DNA of 64,000 nt. Origin: Octopus vulgaris. Taxonomy: Eukaryota. Below the pieces are notes generated by a model. It saw only the letters and a program-made list of their open reading frames with translations. It searched no databases and was not told where the DNA came from. Positions 1 to 14,964 of this stretch are shown piece after piece; the stretch's first letter is position 1, and each line of letters starts with the position of its first letter. The DNA lies in the NCBI GenBank assembly GCA_951406725.2, contig OX597832.1, forward strand, positions 25,482,001 to 25,546,000. Reading direction: 5' to 3'. The position numbers and the translations under genes were made by a program.

Positions 1-109
1 TGAAAGGCAAAGTCGACCTCGGCGGAATTTGAACTCCGAACGTAACGGCAGACGAAATACTGCTAAGCAGTTCGCCCGGTGTGCTGACGTTTCTGCCAGC
101 TCGCCGCTT
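1..109 (-). mobile_element. tRNA-derived SINE, group A (5' part; runs off window edge)
   Basis: Reverse complement matches the head of the copy at 52494-52727 (GCGGCGAGCTGGCAGAAACG...GAGTTCAAATTCCGCCGAGGTCGACTTTGCCTTTCA); B-box-like GTTCAAATTCC. Confidence 0.85.
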
Positions 110-669
110 TTATTTTTCTGAGAGAAAATCTGTTCATAAATATACTGTGTTAAAAACAATATACATCGAAGTGTGACAATCATAATGCCAGAGTGACCCG
201 CGAGAATACGAGAATGCTATACGTGTTTCAGTTTCCTTAAGCCTTGTCAAAGCTGTGTACTTTCTCGTGATGTGACTAGACGAAATCTGTACCCTCCAAT
301 TCATAGAAAGCAGAGAATAATAATACATTCACTGAAGATCGTTTCAGCAGTGGTTCACTAGAACACCTGACGCATTTCGGCATTCTTGAGATGAGTCAAT
401 AACGCGTACCACCGATATCTATCGATTCACAGTTCGATAGTTATGTCACCGATATCTATTGAACTGCGAAAAATACATTCACTAATGTTGCGGAATGCTT
501 GTGGGATTGAAATAAACGCGGTGTACGCACTTAAAGTAGCATTAAATTAGAATAACCATTTATGTACTATACTTAAGGTATATAAAACATTGAAAGACAT
601 GAAGATGAGAGAAAAACTCATAGACATGTTGTGACAAAAGCACAATAAACATCGAAACAAGTAAACACA

Positions 670-746
670 AAGCGGTTCAAGAATCGAAACCATAATCTTA
701 CGATCATAAGACCAACACCCCTAAACACTAAGCCACGTGCTTCCAC
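670..746 (-). mobile_element. SINE group C head fragment
   Basis: Reverse complement GTGGAAGCACGTGGCTTAGTGTTTAGGGGTGTTGG...ATGGTTTCGATTCTTG resembles the head at 57788. Confidence 0.7.
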
Positions 747-1004
747 CTTCAGTCTTCTAATGCTGTAAATAACTACGTAAGTAATTAAGGCAGAAAACCA
801 AGTATTTAAGGGATGACTTCGTCGATTAAATAGTAGTACGGCACAGTATTATGAATGTATTCTATTGACTCCGGAAAGTTGGAAGTCAAGTTGGCATTGG
901 TGAGAATTGAACTCAGAATATAGAGCCGAAACAAATACCACAAAACGGTATATGTGTGTGCGCGCTGACACACACACACACACACATATATATAATATTA
1001 TATA

Positions 1005-1200
1005 TTCTTTCTTTATTTCTTTATCTAGTTTCAGCTCACAAGCCGTGGCCATGCTGGGGCACCGCCATTTGGTGTTGCTACATGATTTTACTTCACGAAT
1101 GCTTTTTAACAACTGCCATTTGGTGCATGAGAGAGTTCGATGCAGCTGCCCTCATCTGCACCTCCTGCCGTGAAGTTGGTTCATCTGGGACACCTGACAA
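1005..1200 (-). mobile_element. 3' end of a CR1/L2-group LINE (ORF2 C-terminus plus 3' UTR)
   Basis: Minus strand reads LSGVPDEPTSRQEVQMRAAASNSLMHQMAVVKKHS*, resembling the VPD(E/Q)P...RAAxSNSL C-terminus of CR1-group LINEs. It is followed by GGCGGTGCCCCAGCATGGCCAC..., the tail shared with SINE group B. Confidence 0.65.
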
Positions 1201-1238
1201 TTATATGTTTTATATATATATATATATATATTACTAAC

Positions 1239-1610
1239 GCATTCCGTCGGTTACGACAACAAGGGTTCCAGCTGACCCAATCAACGGAACAGCCTCTCGT
1301 AAAATTAACGTCCAGGTAGCTGAGCATTTCACAGACACGTGTACCCTTAATGTAGTTCTCGGGGGAAATTCAGCGTGACACAGAGTGTGACAAGGCTGGC
1401 CCTTTGAAATACAAGTACAACAGAAACAGGAAGAAAGTGTGAGAGAAAGTTGTGACGAAAGAGTACAGCAGGGTTCACCACCACCCGTGCCGGAACATCG
1501 TGGAGATTTCGATGTCTTCGCTCAATAAACATTCACAACGCCCGGTCAGGGAATCGAAACCACTTTCTTATGACCGCGAGTCCGCTGCCCTAACCACTGG
1601 GACATTGCAC
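1239..1610 (-). mobile_element. tRNA-derived SINE group C, tail variant 1
   Basis: Head nearly identical to 39668 (CCCAGTGGTTAGGGCAGCGGACTCGCGGTC...GGTTTCGATTCCC), with A/B boxes; distinct 3' tail. Confidence 0.85.
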
Positions 1611-2719
1611 GTCAATATATATATTAACACATATATCCATCCGTCCAGCCAGCCAGTCATATATACATGCAAACATACATACACATGCAAACATACATAC
1701 ACACACACATATATACACACTTACATACATATATACATACATACAAACATACATATATACATAGAAGCATACATACATACATACATACATACAAACATAC
1801 ATACATTCATACATACATACATACATACACACACTTACATACACGTACATACATACACACACATACATACACATACATACACACGCATACACGCACACAT
1901 ATATACACACATTCATACATGCATGCATAAATAGATACATACATACATACACACATACATACATATATACATACATACACACATACATACATACATACAT
2001 ACATACATACACATAATAGCAAAGCCATTCCGAAATACGAAACTATGTACCTGACAACTTTACACGGTGAGATTTCGACATCCTTTCACAAATTCGATAA
2101 AGCTAAACGGTTAAAAATCTCCCGTTTCTTTGTTGTTTCGGCACCGATGTTACAGACAGAGGAATTCTTTTAATCTTGTCTGATATTACAGAAAGAGAGC
2201 ATCAACCACAATTCCCAAACCAACGCGAAAACGCTGGAAGCGATGCAATCCCGTTCTACGCCAAAAACATGATCGGTCGGCAAAAGCACATCTTTGATAT
2301 CGCCATTTTGTTATCTATTTATTTATTTATTTACATGTTTATTTATCAATTTATTTATTTATTCATTCATTTATTTATCTGTCAGTCTGTCTGTCTGTCT
2401 GTTTGTCCATTTTGTTGGTTGGTTTATTTGTTTGTTTAGTTGTGTATTTAATTGAACTTTGTGTATTTTGGGGGCGTTTTTTTTATTGATTTCTTGAGGT
2501 TGGCTGCGTTTTTCTCATATTTTTTTCCTGTTTGTCTCTCCCTCTTTTATCCGTGTCGCCACACCAGAGGGGACAACTAGGTTATAGATACGTAAAAAAA
2601 AGCAAAAATAATGAAATACACATAAATACGTTTATCTATTTCTTTCTCTCTCTCTCCCTCCCCCTCTCTCTCTCCCTCCCCCTCTCTCTCTCCCTCCCCC
2701 TCTCTCTCTCTCTCGCTCG

Positions 2720-2755
<36 letters not shown>

Positions 2756-2765
2756 ATGTGTATAT

Positions 2766-2869
<104 letters not shown>

Positions 2870-3143
2870 ATATATATATATATATATATACATACACACA
2901 CATATGTATATATATATATATATGTATACATGTATATATATATATGTGTATGTGTGTGTATGTGTGTGTGTGTCCTATGTATACGCCTGTCACACACGCC
3001 GAAATAAACATTTACTGAGTAACTTTAGGAATTTCTCAGAACATACATGCAAAAATGATACAATACATACACACACACACACACACACACATACACACAC
3101 ATAACACACAACCACATGCAGATACACCCTCACACACACTCTC

Positions 3144-3184
<41 letters not shown>

Positions 3185-3790
3185 TACAGCACATTAAACC
3201 GTTGGGACTGCGAACAACTGTCATCTTGGGGATTCACATGCTAGAAATAGCAACTAAAATCTCTTTCAAATGAAAACCAAACCACAGAAATGGCGCCCAA
3301 GAGTATCACACCAGCGTGGGCATACGCATCGCACGCATACACAAAAATACCATACATACATATATACATACATAAATGATACATACATACATACATACAT
3401 ACATACATACATACATACATACATACATACATACATACATACATACATACATACATACATACATACATACATACATGCATACATACATAGATTCATACAT
3501 ACATATATACACACATACATACTTTCATACATTCAAACATACATACATACATAGATAGATTCATACATACATACATACATACATATATACATACATACAT
3601 ACATATATATATGCATACATACATACGTACATACATGCATACATACATACATACATACATAGATTCATACATACATACATGCATACATACATACATACAT
3701 ACATACATACATGCATACATACATACATACATACATACATACATACATACATACATACATACATACATACATACATACATACATACATGA

Positions 3791-3821
<31 letters not shown>

Positions 3822-4059
3822 TCTTACATATGCAAACATACATAGGTACATATATATAATCAAACACATAAATAAATGCATAACTTACATACATATGCAT
3901 AAATATGCATATACACACACACACACACATAATATAGATTTGTTATACTAAAACTAGAGCATGTCTGAAGTTTCAATAAGAAGCCATTTGCTCTACAAGG
4001 AATTGAGCACTCTTCTCTTATTCGTTCGACATTAACCAACGTACAACATACAGATATAT

Positions 4060-4230
4060 CTTTTAACTTTCACCCATTTTAGTTATTAGACTGCTGCCAT
4101 GCTGGAGCACCGCCTTCAAGGAAGTTTTATTCTAATGAATTTACCCCCAATACTTATTTTATCGGTCTCTTGTTGCCGAACCGGTAGATTACGGGGATGT
4201 AGACATACCAACGCCGCTTGTCAAGAGGTG
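4060..4230 (-). mobile_element. SINE group B 3' half (diverged)
   Basis: GCCATGCTGGAGCACCGCCTT...TATCGGTCTCTTGTTGCCGAACCG matches 56852-57020. Confidence 0.8.
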
Positions 4231-4475
4231 GAGGGCAGAAAAAACACAGACAGGAAAACACACACGCACACATATATGTATGTGTATATATATATACACA
4301 TACATATATATACACACACATAAATACAAACACACATGTATATATCTAGTTAATTGAAATTTTAAAAAAAACAAACACTCGAAATAAACGGATAAAAATT
4401 TAAGAGAAAAACGAAAACAAAACACGAAGGAACGTGGGGACACGAGCAAGAAATGCAGTAGTTTGAAAGAGAGAA

Positions 4476-4508
4476 CTTGACGTTTCAAGCATAGCTCCTC
4501 GTCAGATA
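4476..4508 (-). ncRNA. Degenerate minimal type I hammerhead ribozyme motif
   Basis: Minus strand CTGACGA-G-GAGC-TAT-GCTT-GAAAC-GTC; stem I pairs poorly. Confidence 0.6.
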
Positions 4509-4576
4509 GGAGAAAGATAAAAGTCTAAAGAAGGAAAAGAAATCGCCAACGGCACACCGCGTGTGTAGTTACATTG

Positions 4577-4654
<78 letters not shown>

Positions 4655-4868
4655 CGACGACTACAAAATCCGGTCATGGAGCTATGGTATGAGACATTTG
4701 TGCAAAATAACACGCAGTATCTTGCCTAAAAGAACCGGGGATCATGTATTTAGGAAGCAGGGCTTCTTACCATATGCATTAAAACATACATAAACATATA
4801 TATATATGTATGTATGTATGTATGTATAGATATATGCATACATAAACACACATATACGTAATATATAA

Positions 4869-4913
<45 letters not shown>

Positions 4914-5363
4914 GATAGATAGATAGATAGATAGATAGATGGATAGATAGATAGATACATATATAAATGTCTATCAATCTATCTATATACAAATATACGT
5001 ATATATGTGTGTGTATATATGTATATTTATATATATATATGCATATATATATGTATATATGTATGTATGTATGAATATATAGATATAGATATATATATAT
5101 GAACAAATCAAGAGGTTGAAATATAAAGCAAAACCGACACACACACAGACACGCATACACACACACCCGACAATAACCACACTCTTTAGAGAAGATATCT
5201 GAGGCTATGGAACCATCAATTTCGCAGACATTTTCAGGAGATACAACAAATCGTTAGATGTTTGTTACTTCTTGATAGAAAAACAATGGAATTACCATTG
5301 TTTCTGCTTCCTCCAAGACAATTTTTACTCAACAGCAGGTACAGGAAACTCAAATTGCTAATG

Positions 5364-5438
<75 letters not shown>

Positions 5439-5591
5439 AATATATATATATATGTATATATATATATGTATATATATATGTATTACATATATATTTAAAT
5501 GTATGTACATATGTATTTATATATTTGCATGTGTGTGTGAATGTGTATATATATATATGTGCATATATGTGTGTATATATATATGTGTATG

Positions 5592-5631
<40 letters not shown>

Positions 5632-5980
5632 CATAGATAAATATATGTATATATACATATATGTATATTTATATATGCATATGTATATATACATATATAC
5701 TTATATATACATGCATATGTATATATATGTATATAAATCTATATATATGTATGTATGTAATTGTTTGTGTTTTTGAGAATTTGTAGATAGCTGTGGAAGC
5801 AGTGAATGGGTGGTGGTGTGAGTCTCGTGGAAGTGAGTGGGTGATCGGTTGGGGTGGGGCATAGAGCGTAGAGCATTCCACCATCTAAATAGAATGTTCT
5901 ACGCCCAACAGTTATGTAATTAAAATGCCCTCCGCCCCTGTACTACGAGTATGTGCATGCCCTTGCGAAGCTTGGAGTGA

Positions 5981-6096
<116 letters not shown>

Positions 6097-6144
6097 GTAT
6101 ATATATACGTTAACTCCTCGTTATTTATATACACATACATATAG

Positions 6145-6175
<31 letters not shown>

Positions 6176-6436
6176 CCCATGTATATATATTTATGCATGT
6201 ATATATGTATATGTATACATGTATATGTATATATGTATATGTATATATATATACATGGATGCACATATACACTCACACATGTATATAATCATGTATATAT
6301 ACATATATACGTACATGCGTATATATATATATATATACATACATATGTATGAATATGTATGTATAACAGGCATGTACATATTTATGTGTATCTATATGTA
6401 CATATATACATATATGCATATATATATATATATATG

Positions 6437-6473
<37 letters not shown>

Positions 6474-6521
6474 TATATAGATATATATATGCATATTCTA
6501 ATATATGTGTGTGTATATATG

Positions 6522-6552
<31 letters not shown>

Positions 6553-7322
6553 ATAAGTATGTATATATGTATATATAGTGAGAGAATGAAATCAATAAAA
6601 TATTTGGAGATTGTGAAGAATTTACGGAAAGGCTGGAGAGTGACGAAGATGATGTTGTGTTTGGAGAGCGGGAAATGGGGCGATGAGAGACAGACACAGG
6701 GAAGAGAAGAGAGGGAGGGAGTCAGAGGAAGAAGAGGAGAGAGAGAGTGTGGGAGTTAGCGGGCGACGAGCGGGACGCCATTGCCTATCAACGGATAAAT
6801 GATTTTGTTTTATATTATATCGAGGAGGAGGCGGAGGAGGAGGCGGAGGAGGAGGGGTGGGGGTAAGGGAGGAGGTGTTGGGAGGGGATGAGGAAGAAAG
6901 GATGGAAGCTGACAAATGACTGTTGTTAAATTGGCGATAGTGGACAACAATAACGAATTCTAGAAGGCACCAAGAACATTTTTAATGGCTGTGTATATAT
7001 ACACAAGTACGTATGTTTCCATGTATGTGTGTGTGTTTGTGTGCGCACGTTTGTCTGTTTGCCAATAATCTTTTCTCTCTGTCTTTTAGTTCCTTACTTA
7101 AAGGGCCACTTAAATGTCGAAAAAAAAAAAGGAAAAAAAAAAGCCATCGATTTTTCTGACATCTTTTCTTACATTCTCTTGCGACACACACACGTGCGCG
7201 CGCACACACACTGGCACACATACGCTCACACACAAACAACACGCACATTGATATATTTTCTCTCGCAAGCGTATACACGGCTATATAATTTTCTTGTTTA
7301 CCTTTCAGAAAGATATATATAC

Positions 7323-7368
<46 letters not shown>

Positions 7369-7463
7369 GCTCCACCCCACATATATATATGTATATATAA
7401 TGTAATATATATACATACATACATACATACATACATACATACATGTATATATATATATATAAT

Positions 7464-7519
<56 letters not shown>

Positions 7520-7838
7520 GTATATATATTTATGTATGTATGTTTGTATGGAGGTATATGTATGTAATACATACATATCGATATATATAATTATACATAT
7601 ATATATGTATGCATGTATGTATATATATATATCGGTGCCCCACCATGGCCGTAGTGAGATGACTGAAACAAATAAAAGTACAAATGAATTTATATGTATG
7701 TATATATATATATATATATGCGTATATATGTATATGTATATATGTATATATAAATATATATATATATATGTATGTATACATATACATATATGTGTATATA
7801 GATATAAATATATATAGATATATACCTACGTGTGTATG

Positions 7839-7902
<64 letters not shown>

Positions 7903-8609
7903 TGTATGTATGTATGTTTGTATGTATGTATGTACTCTTTCTATATTTACTCCTCTGTAGTTATTTTCGGCGGAGGAGAAGGAGGGTCCTCCGAAGGTGT
8001 TGGAGGTGAACCAGTGTGTCGACAAGACAAAGATGCGAGCAGCGACGCTGGACTTTTGATGATTTCTGTTAGCCGTAAATTAGCAGCCATTTTGTTTCTT
8101 TCCCCGTTCTAGTATTTATCTTGTTTTTTTGTTGTTGCCATTTCCCCCCCCCCCGCTTTTTATTTTCCCTCTCCTGTTTTTGGCTAAAACCAAGAACCCC
8201 ACCTATGAACACTGAATCGATTTAAAGCAATTTAGTGGCGGCGGGAGCAGGGTGGATGTCGAAGGTGTAGGCAAAGGAGTGGTAAGAATGTTCGGGATAA
8301 ACTAGATACAAAATTTGAGAAAATGGAATCCGCTCATATGCAATATGGCTAACGGGCTTTTGCTTTTCGGTGCCATTTTGTTGTTGGTGGTGGTGGTGGT
8401 TGCTCTTGGTCTTATCGCTTTAATTATTGTTGTTGTTTTTGTTGTTGTTTTTGGTGCTGTTGTTTTTGCGGATATTCTGTTGACATCTTTGCCACTGTTT
8501 TTATTGTTGTTGTTCTTTGATGTTTCTGGTTTTATCGTTTTTTTATATACTGTTCTGTTGTTTTTTGTTATTGTTGTTGTTGTTGTTGCCATGTATTCCC
8601 GCTCCAAAC

Positions 8610-8760
8610 GTTCTTAGTTCGAATCCCGTCCAGGTCAACCTCGCGTTTCCTCCCTTTCGAAGTTGATAAAATAATGTATCGGCAAAATACTGGCGATTGA
8701 TGAAATCCTCTTGTTCCTCCCCTCAAAAATTGCTGGCCTTGTGCCAAAATTAGAAAGGAT
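8610..8760 (+). mobile_element. SINE group A 3' part (old copy) ending in (ATT)n
   Basis: GTTCGAATCCC B box, CCTCCCTTTCGAAGTTGATAAA central domain, GCTGGCCTTGTGCCAAAATTAGAAA tail. Confidence 0.65.
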
Positions 8761-8783
8761 TATCATTATTATTACTATTATTA

Positions 8784-8854
<71 letters not shown>

Positions 8855-8882
8855 GTTATTATTATTGTTGTTATTATTATTG

Positions 8883-8935
<53 letters not shown>

Positions 8936-8965
8936 GTTATTATTATCATTATTGTATTATTATTA

Positions 8966-9021
<56 letters not shown>

Positions 9022-9022
9022 G

Positions 9023-9080
<58 letters not shown>

Positions 9081-9109
9081 TACTACTATTACTATTATTA
9101 TTATTATTC

Positions 9110-9237
9110 TGCTGAGGTCGACTTTTCCTTTCATTCTTTCGGGGTCGATAAATTAAGTATCAGCTGAGTACTGGGGTCGATGTAATCGACTAGTCACCTC
9201 CCCACAAATTTCAGGCCTTGTGCCTATAATAGAAATT
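9110..9237 (+). mobile_element. SINE group A, 5'-truncated
   Basis: GAGGTCGACTTTTCCTTTCATTCTTTCGGGGTCGATAAATTAAGTATCAG...GGGGTCGATGTAATCGACT matches the 52494 copy; lies between trinucleotide arrays. Confidence 0.85.
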
Positions 9238-9274
9238 ACCATCATCATCATCATCATCATCATCACCATCACCA

Positions 9275-9324
<50 letters not shown>

Positions 9325-9332
9325 TTTATAAT

Positions 9333-9392
<60 letters not shown>

Positions 9393-10462
9393 GAAATGAT
9401 AACGTTGCTGTCATTGTTTTGACTGCTGTTGTGATTTGTTGTGATTATTGTATTTTGTTTTTGTTGCTTTGTGTGTTTGTTTTTGTGTGTTTTGTTGTTT
9501 TTTGATGTTTATGTTGCTCTTATTGCTGAAAACTATGTCTTCGCATGATTGTTCCTCTGACATTGATGTTTTTCCTATGGCCTTGTGGTGTTTTTTTTCT
9601 TCTCCAAGTTGTCCATGTTGTTAGTTACGTTGTTGTTGTTGATGAAATTTTTGATTATATTTTTGTTTTTTTGTAGCTGTTGATGTTCATGATGTTGTTG
9701 ATGTTACTGTAGTTATTATTTTTGTTGTTGTTGTCGTTCTTGTGGCTATTGTTGTTGTTATTGTTGTTGTGGTTGCTGCTGCTGCTGCTGTTTTCTGGTC
9801 TCCTCTCAGACATCACCGTTCGGCTTTCGTTTGAAATACTTAATTAGACCAAACAGCATCGCTGTCAGCTATGTCCTAGAATACAACACGCACGCACACG
9901 CACGCACACACACGCACACGCACGCACACACACGCGCGCACACGCACGCACACGCACGCACGAACGCATGCATGAATGCACGCACGCACGAACGCACGCA
10001 CGCATACACACAAGCAGAGATAGAAAGAGAGACACATACACACACGCAAAAATACGTACACACACAAACATACATATACACTCACTTACACAAATGCATG
10101 CACATACACACGCACACACACACAAACATACACACAAACATACAGACAAACAGAAAATACACACACATAAGTACATATAAACATACGCATAAACACATAG
10201 GCACATGCCCAGGCATCTATACACACACACATATTTACAAACATACGTACAGGGATACAAACATACACGCGCATGTCGGGGTCGTGGTGATGGTAGTGTA
10301 GTAGCGGTGGTGGTGGTAGTTGTGGTGGTGGTGGTGGTGGTGGTGGCGTTGGTGGTGGTGGTGGTAGTCGTCGTCGTAGTAGTAAAAGTAGAGGTGATAC
10401 TGATAATAAGAGAAATGAGTAAAGAAAAGGATTTCCTTGTTTAAAGAAAAAAACGTGAGAGA

Positions 10463-10523
<61 letters not shown>

Positions 10524-10750
10524 TAGAAATATTAAATTTTCTAAGTCTCTCTAAAGGAGACTACGGGAGCGGTACTGGAAATTAACAGTTATCGCCAAGC
10601 TAATATGGCAGTCCATAAATATAAGACTAAAGCTGCCGTTGATTAGCTCCAAGAGGCCATCGCCTCTAGCTAGCTATATGACACTCGAACCTGTGTCCAT
10701 TATAACCTTTGAACAGGGGAGGTCTGCCGCTTCCCCTTGTTGGTCAGGCA

Positions 10751-10793
10751 TCTGCGGACATGTTTCAGAGTATTTGCCCTTTATCAATGCAGA
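10751..10793 (-). ncRNA. Degenerate type I hammerhead ribozyme motif
   Basis: Minus strand TCTGC-A-TTGATAA-AGGG...CTCT-GAAAC-AT-GTC-C-GCAGA. Stem I TCTGC/GCAGA and palindromic ACATGT stem III are kept; the core has 2 transitions from CTGATGA. Confidence 0.6.
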
Positions 10794-10864
10794 GTAGCCA
10801 AACCCACCAGCGTCGCTGCTGACCGTCTGTTCAGAGTATCATTTACCTAGTTTCAGTGGAATAA

Positions 10865-11337
10865 AAACCTTTCCCATCGAGTGAAGATGCTTCTCTATAG
10901 CAGTGTGGGAGCATTCTATTTTCTCTGCCAGTTTCCTTGTCGTTTGACGAGAATTTTCGTGCAAAAGTTGGTTTAATCACTCTTCATCGAAATCAACTGG
11001 ACGGCCAAGACGAGGTGTGTTTTGAGGTCAAAATTTCCATTTTTGAACTTGGCATACCAATCACGGGCGGTTCTTTCAGCTACGGCACCTTCTGCATACA
11101 CAGCACAAAGGTCGCGATCCGCTTTTGCGGTCTTAGAACGCTGAATAAAAGCAAAAAGAAGGAGGTGTCGAAAATGCTCGTTTTTCTTAAGTTGACATTC
11201 CATTTTAATGATCTGAAAAATAAAAAAATTAACTAAAATTAACTAGAAAAAAAAAACACAAAATGGATTCCAAAATTTAAAAACGCAATAAATTCCAAAA
11301 ATTAAAAATCAACGGGAACTTTGTTGCTAACCCAATA
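10865..11337 (-). mobile_element. Mariner (Mos1-like) transposon 5' fragment: left TIR plus frameshifted HTH region
   Basis: ORF 10973-11203 (MECQLKKNEHFRHLLLFAF...AERTARDWYAKFKNGNFDLK) is a mariner HTH. It continues after a frameshift as PRLGRPVDFDEE*LNQLLHENSRQTTRKLAEK...HLHSMGK. TIR is TA-TTGGGTTAGCAACAAAGTTCCCG. Confidence 0.9.
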
Positions 11338-11354
11338 TATGTGTGTATATATAT

Positions 11355-11520
11355 ACGACGGGCTTCTTTCATTTTCCGTCTACCAAAGCCACTCACACGG
11401 CCTTGGTCGGCGCGAGAATATAGCAAGAAACACTTGCTGAAGGTGCAACGCAGTGGATCTGAACCGGGAGCCATGTGGTTGGGAAACAAGCGTCCTATCA
11501 CCCAGCCACGCCTGCGCGCA
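11355..11520 (-). mobile_element. SINE group B 5' half
   Basis: Matches 57135-57299 (tRNA-like head plus CORE-like ACCTTGGGCAAGTGTCTT segment). Confidence 0.85.
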
Positions 11521-12159
11521 CATATATATATACATCTATATATATGTGATTAAAATATACGCGGCGTTTAGTCACGTTTTTATCGTATTATATTATTATA
11601 TACCTAAATTAAATGTTCTTGTCAAGTCTTAACAAGCTGTTTGCCTCCTCGTTTCTGTTTTGATGTATGTGATTGTATATATGTGTGTACATACACAGTA
11701 TTTTAGACATGTTCGTAAAAACACGCGCACACACACATGTACACACCTATGTATTTTCATGTATATATGTCTATATCTATCTATCTACATCTATATAAAT
11801 AGAGATAGATGTTTTTGTAGAGAGCAACACGCTAAATTAATTAAAGGTCACTCGGGCGATATGGCACGTGTGCCTGTCGGCAAGCGTGTGTGTATGCATA
11901 GCCTTTACAATCATATACCGAAGTATAAAGTAATACAAAGGAGTTTATAAAAATATATGTACGTATATATGTATATGTTTGTTTGCAAATATATATGTAC
12001 ATATATACATATATACATATACATACATATATGTATATATATATATATATATTACAGTTAAATGCTTGTATTCTATTTATACCCTTATGTGATATATATG
12101 TGTGTGTTTGTGTAACTAAAATACAAATACCGCATCGTTATGTATACATGTCACGAGTG

Positions 12160-12216
<57 letters not shown>

Positions 12217-12217
12217 G

Positions 12218-12290
<73 letters not shown>

Positions 12291-12301
12291 GCATATATGT
12301 A

Positions 12302-12368
<67 letters not shown>

Positions 12369-12503
12369 TTGTTTACAGGAAGCATTTTCAATCTGCAGAT
12401 AAGGCTTCACTTCCATTATGCTGGCCAGAGTCTAATGAAGCTGACTTGTGAACCCAGATAATTAGGGTTGTACCGAGCTGTACCTATATAATATGCTGGA
12501 TAA

Positions 12504-12578
<75 letters not shown>

Positions 12579-12773
12579 TGTTGATGATAATGATGATGAT
12601 GATGATGATGATGAGGATAATGATGATGATGATGATGATGATGATGATAATGATGATGATAATGGGCCGCCACCGTGCATGTATATTAGTGTTTGTGTGC
12701 TTATATATTTACATATGCACGCAAACTTATGCACACACATACACATATATACACTCACGCACACACACACATG

Positions 12774-12817
<44 letters not shown>

Positions 12818-12880
12818 TATAGATATGTTGGTAGACAGACAGACGTACGGATACGCAGACAGACGGACAGAGAGACAGAC

Positions 12881-12952
<72 letters not shown>

Positions 12953-13493
12953 GGGTAGGTAGATATGTAAATAAATAGACAGACAGACAGGCAGATAGAT
13001 AGCAGGGCATGCTAGAGATAGCAGTCAAATCTTGAAATGTGAGATATGTTGAATGCACTCGAAAGAATCGTAAGGAAAATAATTATTTCACACTGAGGTT
13101 ACGAACGGGTCTTTTACGAAATATTTACTGTATTTCTCAAGACATTTTCACTTTAAAATATTTTTTAGATATGCCAAAACTTTTGTAATGCTAATCACTT
13201 GAAAATAATTTTAAAAACACATTAAAATGTTGTCTGTTCAAAGGAAGCTAAAATATAAATTCTTACTGTACAAAAATCTAACATTTTTTAAATCCCATTC
13301 ATTTAAAAATATTTCTAAATGGTTATAATATTGTGTTTAACGAAAGCGAAAATACAAACATTTATTGTCAAGTCACTGTGTCTAATCGAAAGGTAAGACT
13401 TTCTTCCCTTTCTGCGCTAAGTTATTTTCGGAATATTTTCCAATTATACACCGCTTTGGCACATTTTATATCTTGTATAATATATATATATAT

Positions 13494-13615
<122 letters not shown>

Positions 13616-13631
13616 ATATATACATATATAA

Positions 13632-13701
<70 letters not shown>

Positions 13702-14877
13702 TTTGTGTGTGTATATATATATGTACTTACATATAAGTAGGTATACATGTATGTATGTTTGTGTGCATGGCTGTAGTCTAATGACTAAAACGAATAAAAA
13801 AAATAATCCCACACTTTCATATGACGGGATGTTACGTATTTGCATATTTCTGTATTAACTTAATATGCAAATATGCGTTTGAACCACCTGAAAATTTCTG
13901 GAGAAATTGATTTTGTTTTTCTCACACGCTGTGTTTTTGTAGCAATCTTACCTTCACAGAAACCAATATGCAAATTAGCACATCCCACGTGATTACTAAC
14001 TAACATAGACTTTCTATATAGTTTTAATTTTATTCATTGTCGGAAACAAGACTTCCAGACTCTGGTGTGTTGTGTGCTGTTATCGTCAGCTTGGGTTACA
14101 TTCGTAGAATTTTGTACTAAAAGGAAGTCTCTGGGGTTTTAAACATATAAATATACTTTAGCCAGAGAACAATCTTGGAAGGTGAGGTTTCCGGCGTGAA
14201 ACGAATATAATCGCCATTACCACCACCACCATTAACTACAACAGCAACAACAACAACAATAACAGCAATAAAAACACCATCATCACTACCATCGTCATCA
14301 TCATCATCATCATCACCAAAACCATCATCATCATAATCACCAACACTACCATCGTCATCATCACCACCATCATCATCATCACGACAACCACCACCATTAT
14401 CATCCTCATCATTGTCGTCGTCGTCGTCATCATCATCATCATAATCATCATCGTCATCGGCATCATCACCACCACCACCATCATCATCATCGTCGTCGTC
14501 GTCATCATCATCATCACCACTATCACCACCATTATCATGATCATCATCATTGTTATCGTCATCATCATCATCGTCATCACCACCACCACCATCATCATCA
14601 TCGTCGTCGTTGTCATCATCATCACCACCACCATTATCATCATCATCATCACCACTACCACAACCATTGTCATCATTATCATCATCATCATCATCAACAC
14701 CACGTAAGATCTATAGCTGATACCCTTAGCAGGTACCACTACTGGCCTGGAGCGGATCTGGAACTGCTGGTAGCTAAGGAATATCTCTATACTCCTAAAC
14801 TCCTCGAAACTTCTAAATTCTAAGCCGGAGCCACACCATCTGATGTAGTATAACGTTTGTTATTATTATTATTATTA

Positions 14878-14959
<82 letters not shown>

Positions 14960-14964
14960 CATTA

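Noticed and set aside
365-395. Minus-strand GAAATGCGTC with upstream CTCAAGA as a possible hammerhead
   Set aside because: Core mismatch, no stem II, inconsistent stem I register.
8315-8617. Hydrophobic 100-aa ORF resembling a membrane protein
   Set aside because: Derived from degenerate (GTT)n low-complexity sequence; TTG start; no family motif.
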